Of a stretch of DNA of 64,000 nt, positions 1 to 11,678 are shown piece after piece. The notes under the pieces are model-generated. The model worked only from the letters and a program-made list of their open reading frames with translations. It was not told the origin of the DNA and did not search any database. The position numbers and the translations under genes are program-made. Every line of letters starts with the position of its first letter. Position 1 is the first letter of the stretch. This DNA comes from Squalus acanthias (Eukaryota), in contig CM059425.1 of assembly GCA_030390025.1 (NCBI GenBank), positions 174,346,001 through 174,410,000 of the forward strand, given 5' to 3'.

Positions 1-345
1 GACGATGGTAATGCCGTTGAATGTCATGGGGAGGTGATTAGACTCTTTCTTGTTGGAGATAGTCATTGCCTGGCACTTGTGTGGTGCGAATGTTACCTGC
101 TACTTAGCAGCCCAAGCCTGAATGTTGTCCTGGTCTTGCTGCATGCAGGCACGGACTGCTTCATTATCTGAGTTGCGAATGGAACTGAACACTGTACAGT
201 CATTAGCGAACATCCCCACTTCTGACCTTATGATGGAAGAAAGGTCATTGATGAAGCAGCTGAAGATGGTTGGGACTAGACCACTGCCCTGAGGAACTCC
301 TGCAGTGATGTCCTGGGGCTGAGATGATTGGCCTCCAACAACCAC
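1..345 (-). mobile_element. CR1-group LINE, family B, RT fragment
   Basis: GVPQGS...FINDL...FANDCT RT motifs; near-identical to 63522-63983 and to the 57760-59720 copy. Confidence 0.85.
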
Positions 346-493
346 AACCAATGTTCCCTGTAATTTTTTTTTGGGTGCGTGGGCCCTTTAACTCTTTATT
401 AACTCTTAATTCTTTTCAACACACACAAGGGATAATTTTACAAGTTTGTGCTCGCAGTGTGGAGCCTTTCCCACCAGGAATATGCCTCCCCAA

Positions 494-2337
494 TAGAATC
501 AGAAATTTATGGCACAGAAGGAGGCCAATTGGCGCATCGTGTCTGTGCTGGCCAAAAAAGAGCTATCCAGCCTAATCCCACTTTCCAGCTCTTGGTCTGT
601 AGCCTTGTAGGTTACAGCACTTGAAGTGCATATCCAAGTACTTTTTAAATGTGATGAGGGTTTCTGCCTCTACCACCCTTTCAGACAGCGAGTTCCAGAC
701 CCCCACCGCCCTCTGGGTGAAAAAAGTTCTCAACTCCCCTCTAATCCCTCTACAAATTACTTTAAATCTATGCCCCCTGGTTATTGACCCTTATGGGAAA
801 TAGGTCCTTCCTATCTACTCCATCTAGACCCCTCATAATTTTATACACCTCAATTAAATCTCCCCTCAGCCTCCTCTGTTCCAAAGAAAACAACCCCAGC
901 CTATCCAATCTTTCCTCATAGCTAAAATTCTTCAGTCCTGGCAACATCCTTGTAAATCTCCTCTGTACCCTCTCTAGTGCAATCACATCTTTCCTGTAAT
1001 GTGGTGACCATAACTGCACGCAGTACTCTAGCTGTGGCCTAACTAGTGTTTTATACAGTTCAAGCATAACCTCCCTGCTCTTACACAAAAAGTTAGCATG
1101 CAGGTACAGCAAGTAATCAAAAAGGCAAATGGAATGTTGGCCTTTATTTCAAAGGGGTTGGAGTATAAAAGCAGGGAAGTCCTGCTACAACTGTACAGGG
1201 TATTGGTGAGACCACACCTTGAGTACTGCGTACAGTTTTGGTCTCATTTAAGGAAGGATATACTTGCATTGGAGGCAGTTCAGAGACGATTCACTCGGTT
1301 AATTCCAGAGATGAGGGGGTTGACTTATGAGGAAAGGTTGAGCAGGTTGGGCCTATACTCATTGGAATTTAGAAGAATGAGAGGTGATCTTATTGAAACA
1401 TATAAGATACTGAGGGGGCACGACAAGGTAGCTGCAGAGAGGATGTTTCCCCTCGTGGGGAAATCTAGAATGCGGGGGCATAGTTTTAGAATAAAGGGTC
1501 GCCCTTTTAGAACTGAGATGAGGAGGAATTTCTTCTCTGAGGGTCGTAAATCTGTGGAATTCTCTGCCCCAGAGAGCTGTGGAGGCTGGGTCATTAAATA
1601 CATTTATGGTGGAGCTAGACAAATTTTTGCAAGATAAGGGTGTGAAGGGTTATGGGCAACGGGCAGGGAAGTGGCTTTGAGCCCAAGATCAGCCATGATC
1701 TTATTGAATGGCGGAGCAGGCTCGAGGGGCCAAGTGGCCTATTCCTGCTCCTATTTCTTATGTTCTTATATTCTATGCCTCGGCTAAAAAAGAAAATATC
1801 CTGTATGCCTTCTTAACCAACTTATCTACCTGTCCTGCTACCTTCAGGGATCTGTGGACATGTACTCCAAGGTCCCTCTGTTCCTCTACACTTCTCAGTA
1901 TCCTACCATTTATTGTGTATTCCCTTGCCTTGTTATCCCTCCATTTGCACTTTTCTGCCCACCTGAAAAGTCTACAGCTTTCTTCGTCACTATCAACCAC
2001 ACGGCCAATTTTTGTATCATCTGCAAACTTCTCAATCATGCCCCATACATTGAAGTCTAACTCACTGATATATACCACAAAAAGCAAGGGACCCAGTACT
2101 GAGCTCTGCGGAACCCCACTGGAAACAGCTTTCCAGTCACAAAAACACCTGTTGACCATTACCCTTTGCTTCCTGCCACTGAACCAATTTTGGATCTAAC
2201 TTGCCACTTTCCCTTGGATCCCACGCGCTTTTACTTTTCTGACCAGTCTGCCATGTGGGGCCTTCTCAAAGCCTTGCTAAAATCCATGTTGACTACATCA
2301 AACGCGCTATCCTCATCGACCTTCCTTGTTACCTCCC
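494..2337 (-). mobile_element. CR1 LINE 3' portion (494-1080 and about 1767-2337) split by a younger CR1 insertion
   Basis: RT (GVPQSSVLGPLLF, KFADDTK) and CR1 C-terminal motifs (LVRPQLEYCVQ, RRLRGDLIEVYK); the two halves rejoin across an approximate TCTTA duplication. Confidence 0.88.
1082..1768 (+). mobile_element. CR1 LINE (HER1-like) 5'-truncated copy nested in the previous element
   Basis: LVRPHLEYCVQFWS, RRMRGDLIETYK motifs; 3' UTR and (TTCTTATG) tail. Confidence 0.9.
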
Positions 2338-2525
2338 AATAATTCTACTTGGGTGGAAAATTGTGGAGTGTGCCCAAATTCCCAATTTGTGCCCTGACCT
2401 CCCAATATTACCTCTATATTCTGGAATTTACTCCAATGCTGAAAATATTTTCTTCACAATGACATGTGCTACAAGAAATCATGTTGCTTTGTCAATATTG
2501 TTGTAATGGTTTGAATAAAACTTAC

Positions 2526-2613
2526 TTGATTCAATGTTGAAGAGGATCCGTGAGGGCCCTGAGCATCTGAGGCACGGGTCACAGGCAGTGGTGGCACAAG
2601 GTCAGTCCGAGCA
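2526..2613 (-). CDS. epb41l4a: EPB41L4A probable penultimate coding exon (88 bp): ARTDLVPPLPVTRASDAQGPHGSSSTLNQ
   Basis: Acceptor tttgttttcag, donor gtaagt; phase 2 to 0; TDLVPPLPVTR.SDAQG motif. Confidence 0.92.
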
Positions 2614-3039
2614 CTGAAAACAAATGGATACATCTGCACTATTTTCATTTTAGAATTTAAAGATTAAAATTTCTATTAACTGTGCCATTGACCAATAATC
2701 AAATGATCTTTATTGTCATTAAAATCATTAATAATTTAGTGTATATGGCATGTACTATTTACAATCGGTACACTGACCACTGTATTCTATAATATGTCTG
2801 AACCCAAGAATCTAAAACACAATAAAACTGTCCGACAAATTTGACAGTGTGCAATTAACACGAGTGATTATAAAATTGTAATCTAAGCTTAAAAATTACG
2901 GTGGCAACTTAACATATTCCTATGTCTGCTATTTTAACTGAGGCATTAAAAACAAATGGGTTAGCACCTCCATTAAAATAGCGAACAGGGGAATGTCATT
3001 AGAATACATTTTATAATTTCTAGGCTATAGCTTTGGGAC

Positions 3040-3478
3040 CCTGTGTGGTGCAGTGGAGACGATATTAACCTTTTATGTCTGGGACCTGGATTCAAAACCA
3101 GCACCGACTGATGGAATAAGCGTCTCCTCTCTCTGTTGCCTGTTAGGACTCTACGTGAGATGAATTTGGGCAGTCTTCATTCAGTTCCTAGTGGGTATGG
3201 GCTCACAGCACAAAACTAGCCATAATTCAGCACTTATTAGCATTAAATTAGCAATCACTCAGAGATCACTGGCTGGTGTAGGAAATGGAAAAATGTCAAG
3301 CCGATGCTTTAAGGTATACTCTTCTGGAGTTGAAGCTGAGTACATTGGTGAGGCATAATAAAGGGAGCTTTATTTCTACATCCAACTGTATTATAGCTGA
3401 CCTAGAGATACTTACTGCTGACAGGATAGTGAGCTCCTAAAGAAAATATTCTATTCCCCACTAACATCCATCACCTTT
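3040..3478 (+). mobile_element. LF-SINE-like tRNA-derived SINE, degenerate
   Basis: tRNA-like head (ggacctggattcaaaaccagc); core CTACGTGAGATGAATTTGGGCAGTC..CAGTTCCTAGTGG..CACAAAAC resembles the LF-SINE consensus as recalled; related copy at about 23230-23540. Confidence 0.6.
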
Positions 3479-3940
3479 ACAATTTGGTTTCACACCGCCT
3501 CAAAGAGAGTATTTAAACCTGGAGGAGCGCGTGGGTTTGGGTGCGGGTGGGGGTTATAACCAGCAAAAATCCTAACGCGTCGGGAAGCCGGCTCCAACCT
3601 GCCAACTTCCGCGTTTAACTCGAGTGCGCTAGGCTGCTTGTGCACAATCCCCTCGGGAGAGGCGGGTTGCCTATTAACATATGCTAATCGCTCAATTGGA
3701 GCAATATTTCAAGTTTTAAATTTAACGTTGCATTTCCCAGGCTTCCTGAAATTCGCCATTGAAAGCAAGGCAAGAACAGAATGGCAATTGAGGGAGCTGA
3801 TTAAAACTCATGGAAATACTGCAATAAATGCTCAGTATTCACAGCTGCTTTCTTACCTGTTCATGGGAAAGGGTTTGTTCACAGTACTTTCGCTGAGAGT
3901 TTACTTTCTACACTTTGGAGGTTTTCTGAATCACATCAGG

Positions 3941-5120
3941 ATGGGTGGCACCTTGGCTGCCTCAGACAAGGAGCAATATGACCAGCAGCAGCCTGCTCTT
4001 GAGAGACCAGCAGCTGGACATCAGAGAGGCGCCCAGCAGCAGCAGCCTGCTGTTCAGAGTCCTGTAGCTGAACAGCAGAGAGGGGAGCTGCAGAGAAGGC
4101 AGCAGCAGACACCACATGGTGTACAGGCAGAGACCAAGTTTCCTTGACATGTCCGGACAGCAGTGCTTCAGGAGTCTCAGGTTGTCGCATCAGGTGCTGA
4201 CAGACATCTGCAGCCTCCTAGAAGAAGACCTGCTCCCTGCTAGACCTGGTGGCCACAAATTATCAGTGACTGTCAAAGTGACTACTGCCCTCAACCTTTT
4301 TGCCTCCGGATCCTCCAGGGCTCTGTGGGAGACATATCCAGGATCTCCCAGTCGGCGGCCCACAAATGCATAAGACAGGTGACTGATGGGTTGTTTGCCA
4401 CGGCCGGCAATTATGTGAACTTTGCCTGCAATGATGCCAGTCAGAATGAGCGGACACTCAGGTTTGCATTTCTGCCTGGCTTCCCAGAGGTGCAGCGAAT
4501 CATCGACTGCACACACGTGACAATTCACGCACCCACAGATCAACCAGGAGTATTTGTGAATCACAAGGGCTTCCACTCCATCAATGTGCAGCTGGTGTGC
4601 AACCACAAAAAAATATTTCTGCAGGTGTGCACAAGATTCCTGGGGCGCTGCCATGATGCTTTTGACCTGTGGCAGTCCAAGCTCCCTGTTGTCTTTGGAC
4701 CTGCAAGCACGCTTAAGGGGTGGCTGCTAGGCGACAAGGGATGCCCACTTCAAACTTAGCTGGTGACACCTATCAGAAATCCAACTTATGAAGCCCAACA
4801 GCACTATAATGAATGCCATATGACTACCAGATGTGTCATTGAGCAAGCCATTGGCATGCTGAAGATGCACTTTAGGTGCCCTTCAGTATGCACCAGCTTG
4901 AATGGTTGTGGTGTGTTGTGCTCTGCACAACATTGCGCAGCAGCGAGGTTTGGACCTGCAGGAGGAACAAGGCGCAGAGCTCAGATCCTCTGCGGATGAT
5001 TCCGGGGAAGAGGAGGAGAAGGATGAAGACGAGGAGGAGGAGGAAGGTGATGAGGGCAATGCAACACCAGCTGCTCACACTGCTGCCTGGGATGCCCTCA
5101 TTAATGCAAGGCTCATTTAG
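3941..5120 (+). pseudogene. Harbinger (HARBI1-like) DDE transposase, frameshifted
   Basis: KVTTALNLFASGS, IIDCTH, NHKGFHSINVQLVC, HD, WLLGDKG, VIEQAIG motifs spread across frames with a stop; Gln-rich N-terminus and acidic C-terminus. Confidence 0.9.
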
Positions 5121-5397
5121 GTTGCACCAGTGGACCAATGTCAGAACTACATGTAACAGCCACTCTTCCCACCCCCGCCAATGCCACTGACACAAAGCAG
5201 TCCTGCAAATAACCAACCACCCCTTGCACATCCCCCCACTAGTCCCTGTCAATTCATGTCTTCCCAATCATCATCAAGCAAGTTAAAAGGCGACTTATCA
5301 CCCAGCAACCAAGAATGGGCAAGACAGGAAAGTGGTGAAAAATAATAACATTTATGTGATTCTACTAGAGAACAGAAACTTTACAACATAACATTTT

Positions 5398-5727
5398 CTC
5401 ATAAGAACATAAAATAGGAGCAGGAGTAGTCCATTTGGCCCTTCGAGCCTGCTCCGCCATTCAATAAGATCATGGCTGATGATCTACCTCATCTCCACTT
5501 TCCTGCACTATCCCAATATCCTTTGATTCCCTTAATATTCAAAAATCTATCGATCTCTGTCTTGACTATACTCAACGACTGAGCCTCCACAGCCCTCTCG
5601 GGTAGAGAATTTCAAAGATTCACCACCCTCTGAGTGAAGAAATTTCTCCTCATCTCAGTCCTAAATGGCCAACCCCTTATTCTGAGACTGTGACCCCTGG
5701 TTCTAGACTCCCCAGCCAGGGGAAACA
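5398..5727 (-). mobile_element. CR1 3' fragment inserted in Harbinger copy 1
   Basis: CR1 3' UTR and tail (cataagaacata on + strand), near-identical to 56025-56360. Confidence 0.88.
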
Positions 5728-5759
5728 TACACCCATGTGCATACCCTTGTGCAACCACA

Positions 5760-7418
5760 AATTTGTACTCTTCCTTTTCCTACAGCTCCTACTTGGTGCA
5801 ACCCCTTTGGCTTCAGCAGAGGTAGAGGCAGGCTGCTCAGATCCTTGTTCTGACTGCTGAGATGCTCTTGGCTGACGACCTCTGGGTTTGGAGCCCGTGA
5901 GGGCCCCGCCAAAGACTGCTCCACCTGCATCTGTACAGGGGCAGACTTGGCCACTGGGACACAAGGCAGCATGTCGGGTACTGACTGAGGAGGTAGCAAC
6001 GAGTGAGAAGTTGAAGCACTTTGAGTGAAGTTCCCACTTCCATATCCCCTTTCACCATTATCCCTCTCATGGGCCAGTCATACTTCACTGCTACCACTCT
6101 GCTGGAGAGCACTTTGGTGCAGATCAGTGCGGTGCTGTAAGGCCACGGCTAAGGTATCTGTCATCCTATATAAGGCGGCAGACATGTGGCATCCAGAGTG
6201 TACATGGCTGTGGTCAAGGCGTGCATAGACTCATTTGATTGCCGCGTTTGATGTTTCACGGAGCTGGGCACTCTTCATGCAAGAAGACATCATTGCAACG
6301 CCCTGTGACACCAACCCACTCATGCTTGAGGTGGACTCCTCCATTCTCTTTGCAATTATGGTCAGTGTGCTTGGAAGGCCTGTCAGTATATCGTACATTC
6401 TCTGCTGCTGCTCAATGATTATCCTTTTCATCGATGATCACTGGGCTACAGCTGTGTCCAGCTAAGCAGAGCTTAGAGAGAGCTGTACCCTCCGAGGTGG
6501 ACACGCCACAGCTGTCCCTGCCACCAATCTGGTCTTGCTCACTTGTGAAGTGTGAGTCACCAGGAGAAAACCCAACATCTGTCTAACTAGTCCCACTGAA
6601 GTGTGAGTATCTGAGCTGGTGCATGGTATGCATGAGTCCTGTGACGATGCACCCTCAAAATGAATCAGCTCCTCTGAGGATTCGTTGTCAACGAGGTCCA
6701 TGGACTCCTACTGCACGTGTGAAGGCCCTGGCAAAGAGAAAAGATATGAATTAGTACTGACAAGTTAAATATGTTGTAACATCATTATGAAGATGATCAT
6801 ATTTCACTTGCTGTTGAAATCAAGTCTGAAACACATGATTGAGTGTTGTATGACATGTGGGTCACTGATATTTAGTTGTGTCACCAGGTAGCTGGGAGAT
6901 CCCCATCTCCCCTGGCCAGGGATGCCGAAATGCCACTGATCTCCAGTGCTTCCTCCTCTGCAGTTGTTAGCTGGGAATTCTGTGGAGGACCACCTCCGGT
7001 TCGCTCCCTCTCCCTAGTGTTCTGTGCTCTCTTCTCCTAAAACGGGGGAAAGAACAGACCTATGAGTGACTGTAATGACATGTGTTCACCTGATGGATGC
7101 AGTGCATTTGGTGAGGGTGACTATCAGGGAGAGGCATGAAATTGCATAAGGATGAGGGCGAGTGGCAGTGGTGGATGGATAGATGGGGATGTGAGTAAGT
7201 GCATAGAAAGAGAAGGATGGGTGTGCTTGCAAGGTAAGTGGGTGTGAGAAGTGATGTGATGGAGTAGGCTTGACAAGGCAGAGTGAGGGGGTGGGGTGAT
7301 GCACACAGCAGGATGTAGGTGAATGTGCAACTGTACTCACCTTTCCTGACCTGGTTAGGCCATTAAAGTGTTTCCTGCACTGAATCCAGGAGCGTAGCAC
7401 AATGCTCCTACTGCTGAC
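5760..7418 (-). pseudogene. Harbinger Myb/SANT-like partner gene, 3 exons (about 7341-7418, 6885-7036, about 5760-6727), degenerate
   Basis: RSWIQCRKHFNGLTRSGK|gtgagt; ag|EKRAQNTRERERTGGG; exon 3 homologous to the 36028-36926 frame. Confidence 0.8.
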
Positions 7419-7419
7419 A

Positions 7420-7974
7420 AAACAGGCCGCCCCCAGGATGAATTAATCACCATTGGGAGTTGCGCTCATTTGTAGGCCTTCGAGGAGGCTCTAAAAATTA
7501 AGCTGGTTCTTTTGGGGGCAAGGACACTAATACCCACGTTTTAAAAGCTTTTGAATGTAATTTTTTTAATTCACTAAGAAACTGACTACTATACCCCAAT
7601 ATAACTATCAAATGGTTCTGTATATTTTTACGGCATTTTCAGTGATTTAAAATCGGGTTACTCACAGGTGGTGGATTGACACTGTGATTAAAAATGCTTA
7701 TTTTTTCTGATAAGCCCATTTTCAGCTGTATTAATAAAACTGCGCTAAGTTACCACTCCTAAATATATCAAGGAATATTTTTAAAGCAAATTTGTTTTTA
7801 AATTAAGTTTTAAAATGCTGCCTTATTGCGCTGGTTCATGGCAGATTTTGTTTTCGGTGATATGCAAATGAGTTCGAGCAGAAACTCAAGGAAAAAACAC
7901 TTTTCAAAACCAGTGCAATTTATTGCGCAGTTTGCACCCGTCGCCAATTGCGCCCAAAGTGGAAACTCTTCCCC
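7420..7974. mobile_element. Terminal fragment of a non-autonomous DNA transposon
   Basis: Ends in GGAAACTCTTCCCC (reverse complement GGGGAAGAGTTTCC), similar to the end at about 15192; CpG-rich termini with an AT-rich centre. Confidence 0.45.
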
Positions 7975-8070
7975 TAGGTTCTTCAGGCCTCAGAAGTCTT
8001 ACTATAACAGATGGCTATAATGCAGGTGTTCACAAAATGTTCACAAGAATGCAGTCTATGGTGTAAGTGC

Positions 8071-8590
8071 TAGAATCATAGAACAGTACAGCACAAAAGG
8101 AGGCCAATTCAGCCCATCGAGTCTGCGCCGGCTCCTTTGAAGAGCAATTCAGTTAGTCCCACTCCCCCGCTCTTTCCCCATATCCCTGCAAATTTTTCTC
8201 CTTTAAGTATTTATCCAATTCCCTTTTGAAGGCTACTATTGAATCTGTATCCGCCACCCTATCAGGCAGTGCATTCTAAATCCTAACCACTCATTGCGTA
8301 AAAACGTTTTTCCTCATGTTGCCTCTGGTTCTTTTGCCAATCACCTTAAATCTGTGCCTCTCGTTATCAACCCTTCAGCCACTGGAAACAGTTTCTCTTT
8401 ATTTACTCTATCTAAACCCTTCATGATTGTAAACACCTCAATCAAATCTCCTCTTAGCCTTCTCTGCTCCAAGGAGAGCAACCCCAGGTTCTCCAGTCTA
8501 TCCACGTAACTGTATTACCTCATCCCTGGAACCATTCTAGTAAATCTCTTCTGTACCCTCTCCAAAGCCTTCATGTCCTTCCTAAAGTGT
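8071..8590 (-). mobile_element. CR1 3' fragment
   Basis: (CTATGATT)-type tail, CR1 3' UTR and ORF2 C-terminus on the minus strand. Confidence 0.85.
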
Positions 8591-9628
8591 AAATTTTTAA
8601 CATTGTTGTGTAAAAGCCATCATCCTAAAAGCTCAGAGCCAAAGGGACTTTCTGCAATAGGGTGCCATTTCATAATTATCTCAAAATTTGGATTTCAAGT
8701 ATCAACTGGTTCTTGCAGTGGGCATTCAGTAAAACTAGACAGAGGTTGTAACTGTAATTATTGATAGCAGATAGTGAAATTAAAGTTGTCTACTTTTACT
8801 CATTGTATAGATACTGACATAATTATTGTCTGCCTCAATATTTATTCTGTCATGTATCCATGGTGCTATAAGAAGAAGACTGGGCAACTTATCTTAATAT
8901 ATAATTCATAAAATGATATATTAAAATCATCTTAAAAGTTACCGCCATAAGGCCGTTAAAGATGTTGGAAGGGAGCGGAAAGAATACAGTGAACCCTGCC
9001 AAGTGTTTCGTGTACATAGAGAGAATGCGATGGGCGTTGCCAATTTGCCAGTTACTAATACTGGTTTTATGTTCAGAAATGTATTTTCATTTGAATTATA
9101 AGCTACAACGAAAGCGTCGTCTCACAGCATGATTACTGTATTCGAAGAACTAGTTCATTAAACTCAGATATAACTAATACATTTTCTTACTGGCTAAATT
9201 TTGGCCCACAGTGTAAAAAGACACATTTTAACAGTCAATTTACTTTTAAAAAATAAAAGGAACAAAATATCTGTGAGGTTATTCTGGGAAATACATGGCA
9301 TCTGGTCAGGCGAGGCTGGAAAATTGGGCAGGAAGCTGTTCCAACGTCTCTCCGCTCCCCAATGGTACTTCCAGCAATTTCCACGACATCGGGAGAATAA
9401 TACATCTTCCCACATATAAATGGGCATATTATGACTACATTCAAATAAGGTAAATGTGTTATACAGTGTATTTTCTGTTATTTGAACCCTAGGAACATTG
9501 GGACAAGTAACAACTGTGCATCCCTGGCATTCAGTGTTGCTAGAGGATGGCTTTAAATTTGAAAAGGCTGGTTTCTCAAAAGCAGTCGATCACAGCGCGA
9601 TTGATTACAGTACGGAAACTGGCATATT

Positions 9629-9762
9629 CAGTTCTGACGAAAGGTCATCGACCTGAAACGTTAACTCTGTTTCTCTCTCCACAGATGCTGCCTGACTCGC
9701 TGAGTATACCCAGCATTTTCTGTTTTTATTTTAGATTTCCATCATCCGCAGTATTTTGCCTT
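9629..9762 (+). mobile_element. Penelope-like element 3' fragment with a minimal hammerhead motif
   Basis: 9-bp TSD TGGCATATT (9620-9628 and 9763-9771); AGTT-CTGACGA-A-AGGTC/GACCT-GAAA-CGTT-AACT at 9630-9666. Confidence 0.75.
9630..9666 (+). ncRNA. Minimal type I hammerhead-ribozyme-like motif
   Basis: CUGANGA and GAAA core boxes, 5-bp stem II, 4-bp stem I, palindromic AACGTT in place of stem III. Confidence 0.6.
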
Positions 9763-10039
9763 TGGCATATTTAAAATTGGGAGTGCAATTAAAAATTAGT
9801 TTTTTGAAATGTTGGGCCCTGACTGTGCACTCACACCACAGATAAACCCCCCCTCCCCACCCCACACTAGCTCCCAAAATATTTAAATGTCTCCGACCCT
9901 GGGATATGAGCTGAAGTCAGGAACACAGACAAGGGGTAAGCAGAACTTCTGCCTGGCACAAGATTTGTTCTCCTTATGCTCCACAGAAATTTCTAGGATG
10001 AAGTATGTTCTTCTCTCATTTTTTTTGCTTACCCCTCCT

Positions 10040-10425
10040 TTCCTGAAAATAGTGACTCATACTGATGTGCAGTTCCAGAGGCAGCAACATTTTCTGGTAC
10101 TTCACGCAAAAAATTACATTTCTTTACGCATGAGTGCTAGTGGGCTTTTCCATCATGGGAGCCATCACAGTAAAGCTCAACTTTACCTTCATCTAAGTGT
10201 ACGCTTAGCAGTAGTCGCTGGACAGTAGTAGCCACGAGCAGAAACTCTGCCTGACTTTTCTTCTCCCTAACTCAGCGACACTGAGCACAACTGCAGCAAC
10301 TCCACCACAACTCTAACTGAGATTAGCTAATTCCACACAAACCAGAGAATGAACCTGGGACCCTCTGTCAGTGTGGCTCAGTACCACACCACTACTATAC
10401 ACTATCACTAACTGAGCCATCAATG
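10040..10425 (-). mobile_element. Ancient tRNA-derived SINE, unclassified family
   Basis: Minus strand begins ggctcagttag...gtcccaggttcattc (A/B-box-like); homologous to the split copy at 11450-11630 and 12025-12245. Confidence 0.55.
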
Positions 10426-10498
10426 GAATTCACAAAACATTTGTGCTGAATAACAGTCTAGCACCAGAAAAGCCTTAAGAACTACCCTAGAAAATCTA

Positions 10499-10712
10499 TG
10501 ATGTGGAGATGCCGGTGTTGGACTGGGGTGGACAAAAGTGAGAAGTCACACAACACCAGGTTATAGTCCAACAGTTTTATTTGAAATCACAAGCTTTCGG
10601 AGCGCTGCTCCTTCGTCAGGTGAAGTCACCTGACGAAGGAGCAGCGCTCCGAAAGCTTGTGATTTCAAATAAAGCTGTTGGACTATAACCTGGTGTTGTG
10701 CGACTTCTCACT
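10499..10712. mobile_element. Palindromic Penelope-like insertion (inverted pLTR arms of 87 bp plus a tail)
   Basis: Arms 10537-10623 and 10626-10712 (2 mismatches seen), 12-bp TSD CTAGAAAATCTA, hammerhead motif in each arm; same family as 33698-34251. Confidence 0.8.
10626..10662 (+). ncRNA. Minimal hammerhead-ribozyme-like motif (mirror copy on the minus strand at 10587-10623)
   Basis: TCAC-CTGACGA-A-GGAGC/GCTCC-GAAA-GCTT-GTGA. Confidence 0.6.
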
Positions 10713-11152
10713 CTAGAAAATCTAGACTAACTGTTGGTGATCACTTCATTTTAATTTTTTACGTCATAAAAACTTGTTTATGGAATAAAGCTAATTTGAA
10801 CATCAAATATAATTTACACAACAAAGAAACAGATTGACTAATGTGTGCGGACTTTTCAATGGGTCTTTGTATAACACAACAGATTGCATGAGAAGTCTCC
10901 AATGATCCCTTTGGACAGAATTCAGATTCCCAGCCATACATACTGCACCCTGCCTACATCAGTGTATGGTTCAAAGGCTGGAACTTTATAAATCTCTTTC
11001 TAATCTAGAATGCTCTAAAGTGACATTGTTTTGGAAACTATTTTTAAATAGCACTGAACAAAATAAAATCATTTCCAGCAGTTGATCCTTTCCCCAAATC
11101 ATTAAGGTTGTTTTTGCCAATTGATGTAATTGTGGATTCCAAAAATACATAC

Positions 11153-11263
11153 TTTACTTCTGAAAGAACAGATCGTTCACCATCAGAACAGTGAGAGCGC
11201 CGATACTGTCGAAAGCTTCGAGGTGAATGTGAATGCCTGATGCGTATGGGGTTACCTTGAGTC
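11153..11263 (-). CDS. epb41l4a: EPB41L4A exon (111 bp): TQGNPIRIRHSHSPRSFRQYRRSHCSDGERSVLSEV(N)
   Basis: Acceptor ctgtcaccag, donor gtatgt; phase 2-2 (lies within listed ORF 11044..11289). Confidence 0.95.
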
Positions 11264-11449
11264 CTGGTGACAGAAGATTTTAAAATCATTGAGAAACAAA
11301 AAAATCAACTCCAAATGTTTAAAAAAGCATAATATACCAGGAGAAAATTATGACTTATTTTTAGGTTGCATTTTATGAAATTGATAATCATCTATAAACT
11401 TTGATTGAACTAGGTTAATATAATTCATTCCTCACCCTAATTTTCTTAT

Positions 11450-11647
11450 TTCCTGAAGGTGGTGGCTCATGCAGGGTATTGTTCCATGGGTGCTTAGCAA
11501 CTCTCCAGTGCATCACCCAAGTGGCTAATCTACGAGTGTAAGCCGACTGAGTGTTCGCAAACTATTCAACTGTGAAGGCACCATGACAAAGTAGATCCTG
11601 ACTTCACCCAAAATCCATACACAAACATGTGTTAGTTTTGGCTCAGT

Positions 11648-11678
<31 letters not shown>

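Larger units (their letters stand above)
3504..7418 (+). mobile_element. PIF/Harbinger DNA transposon copy 1 (degenerate; convergent transposase and Myb/SANT genes; right end truncated)
   Basis: Same two-gene layout as the 33322-38083 copy; boundaries approximate. Confidence 0.85.

Noticed and set aside
8985..9141. Possible decayed Tigger MITE (TACAGTGAACC...GATTACTGTA)
   Set aside because: The terminal match is too short to support a call.
10499..10712. Palindromes as miRNA precursors or DNA-transposon MITEs
   Set aside because: The asymmetric tail, 12-bp TSDs, variable arm length and hammerhead motif fit Penelope-like pLTR inversions better; there is no miRNA evidence from sequence alone.
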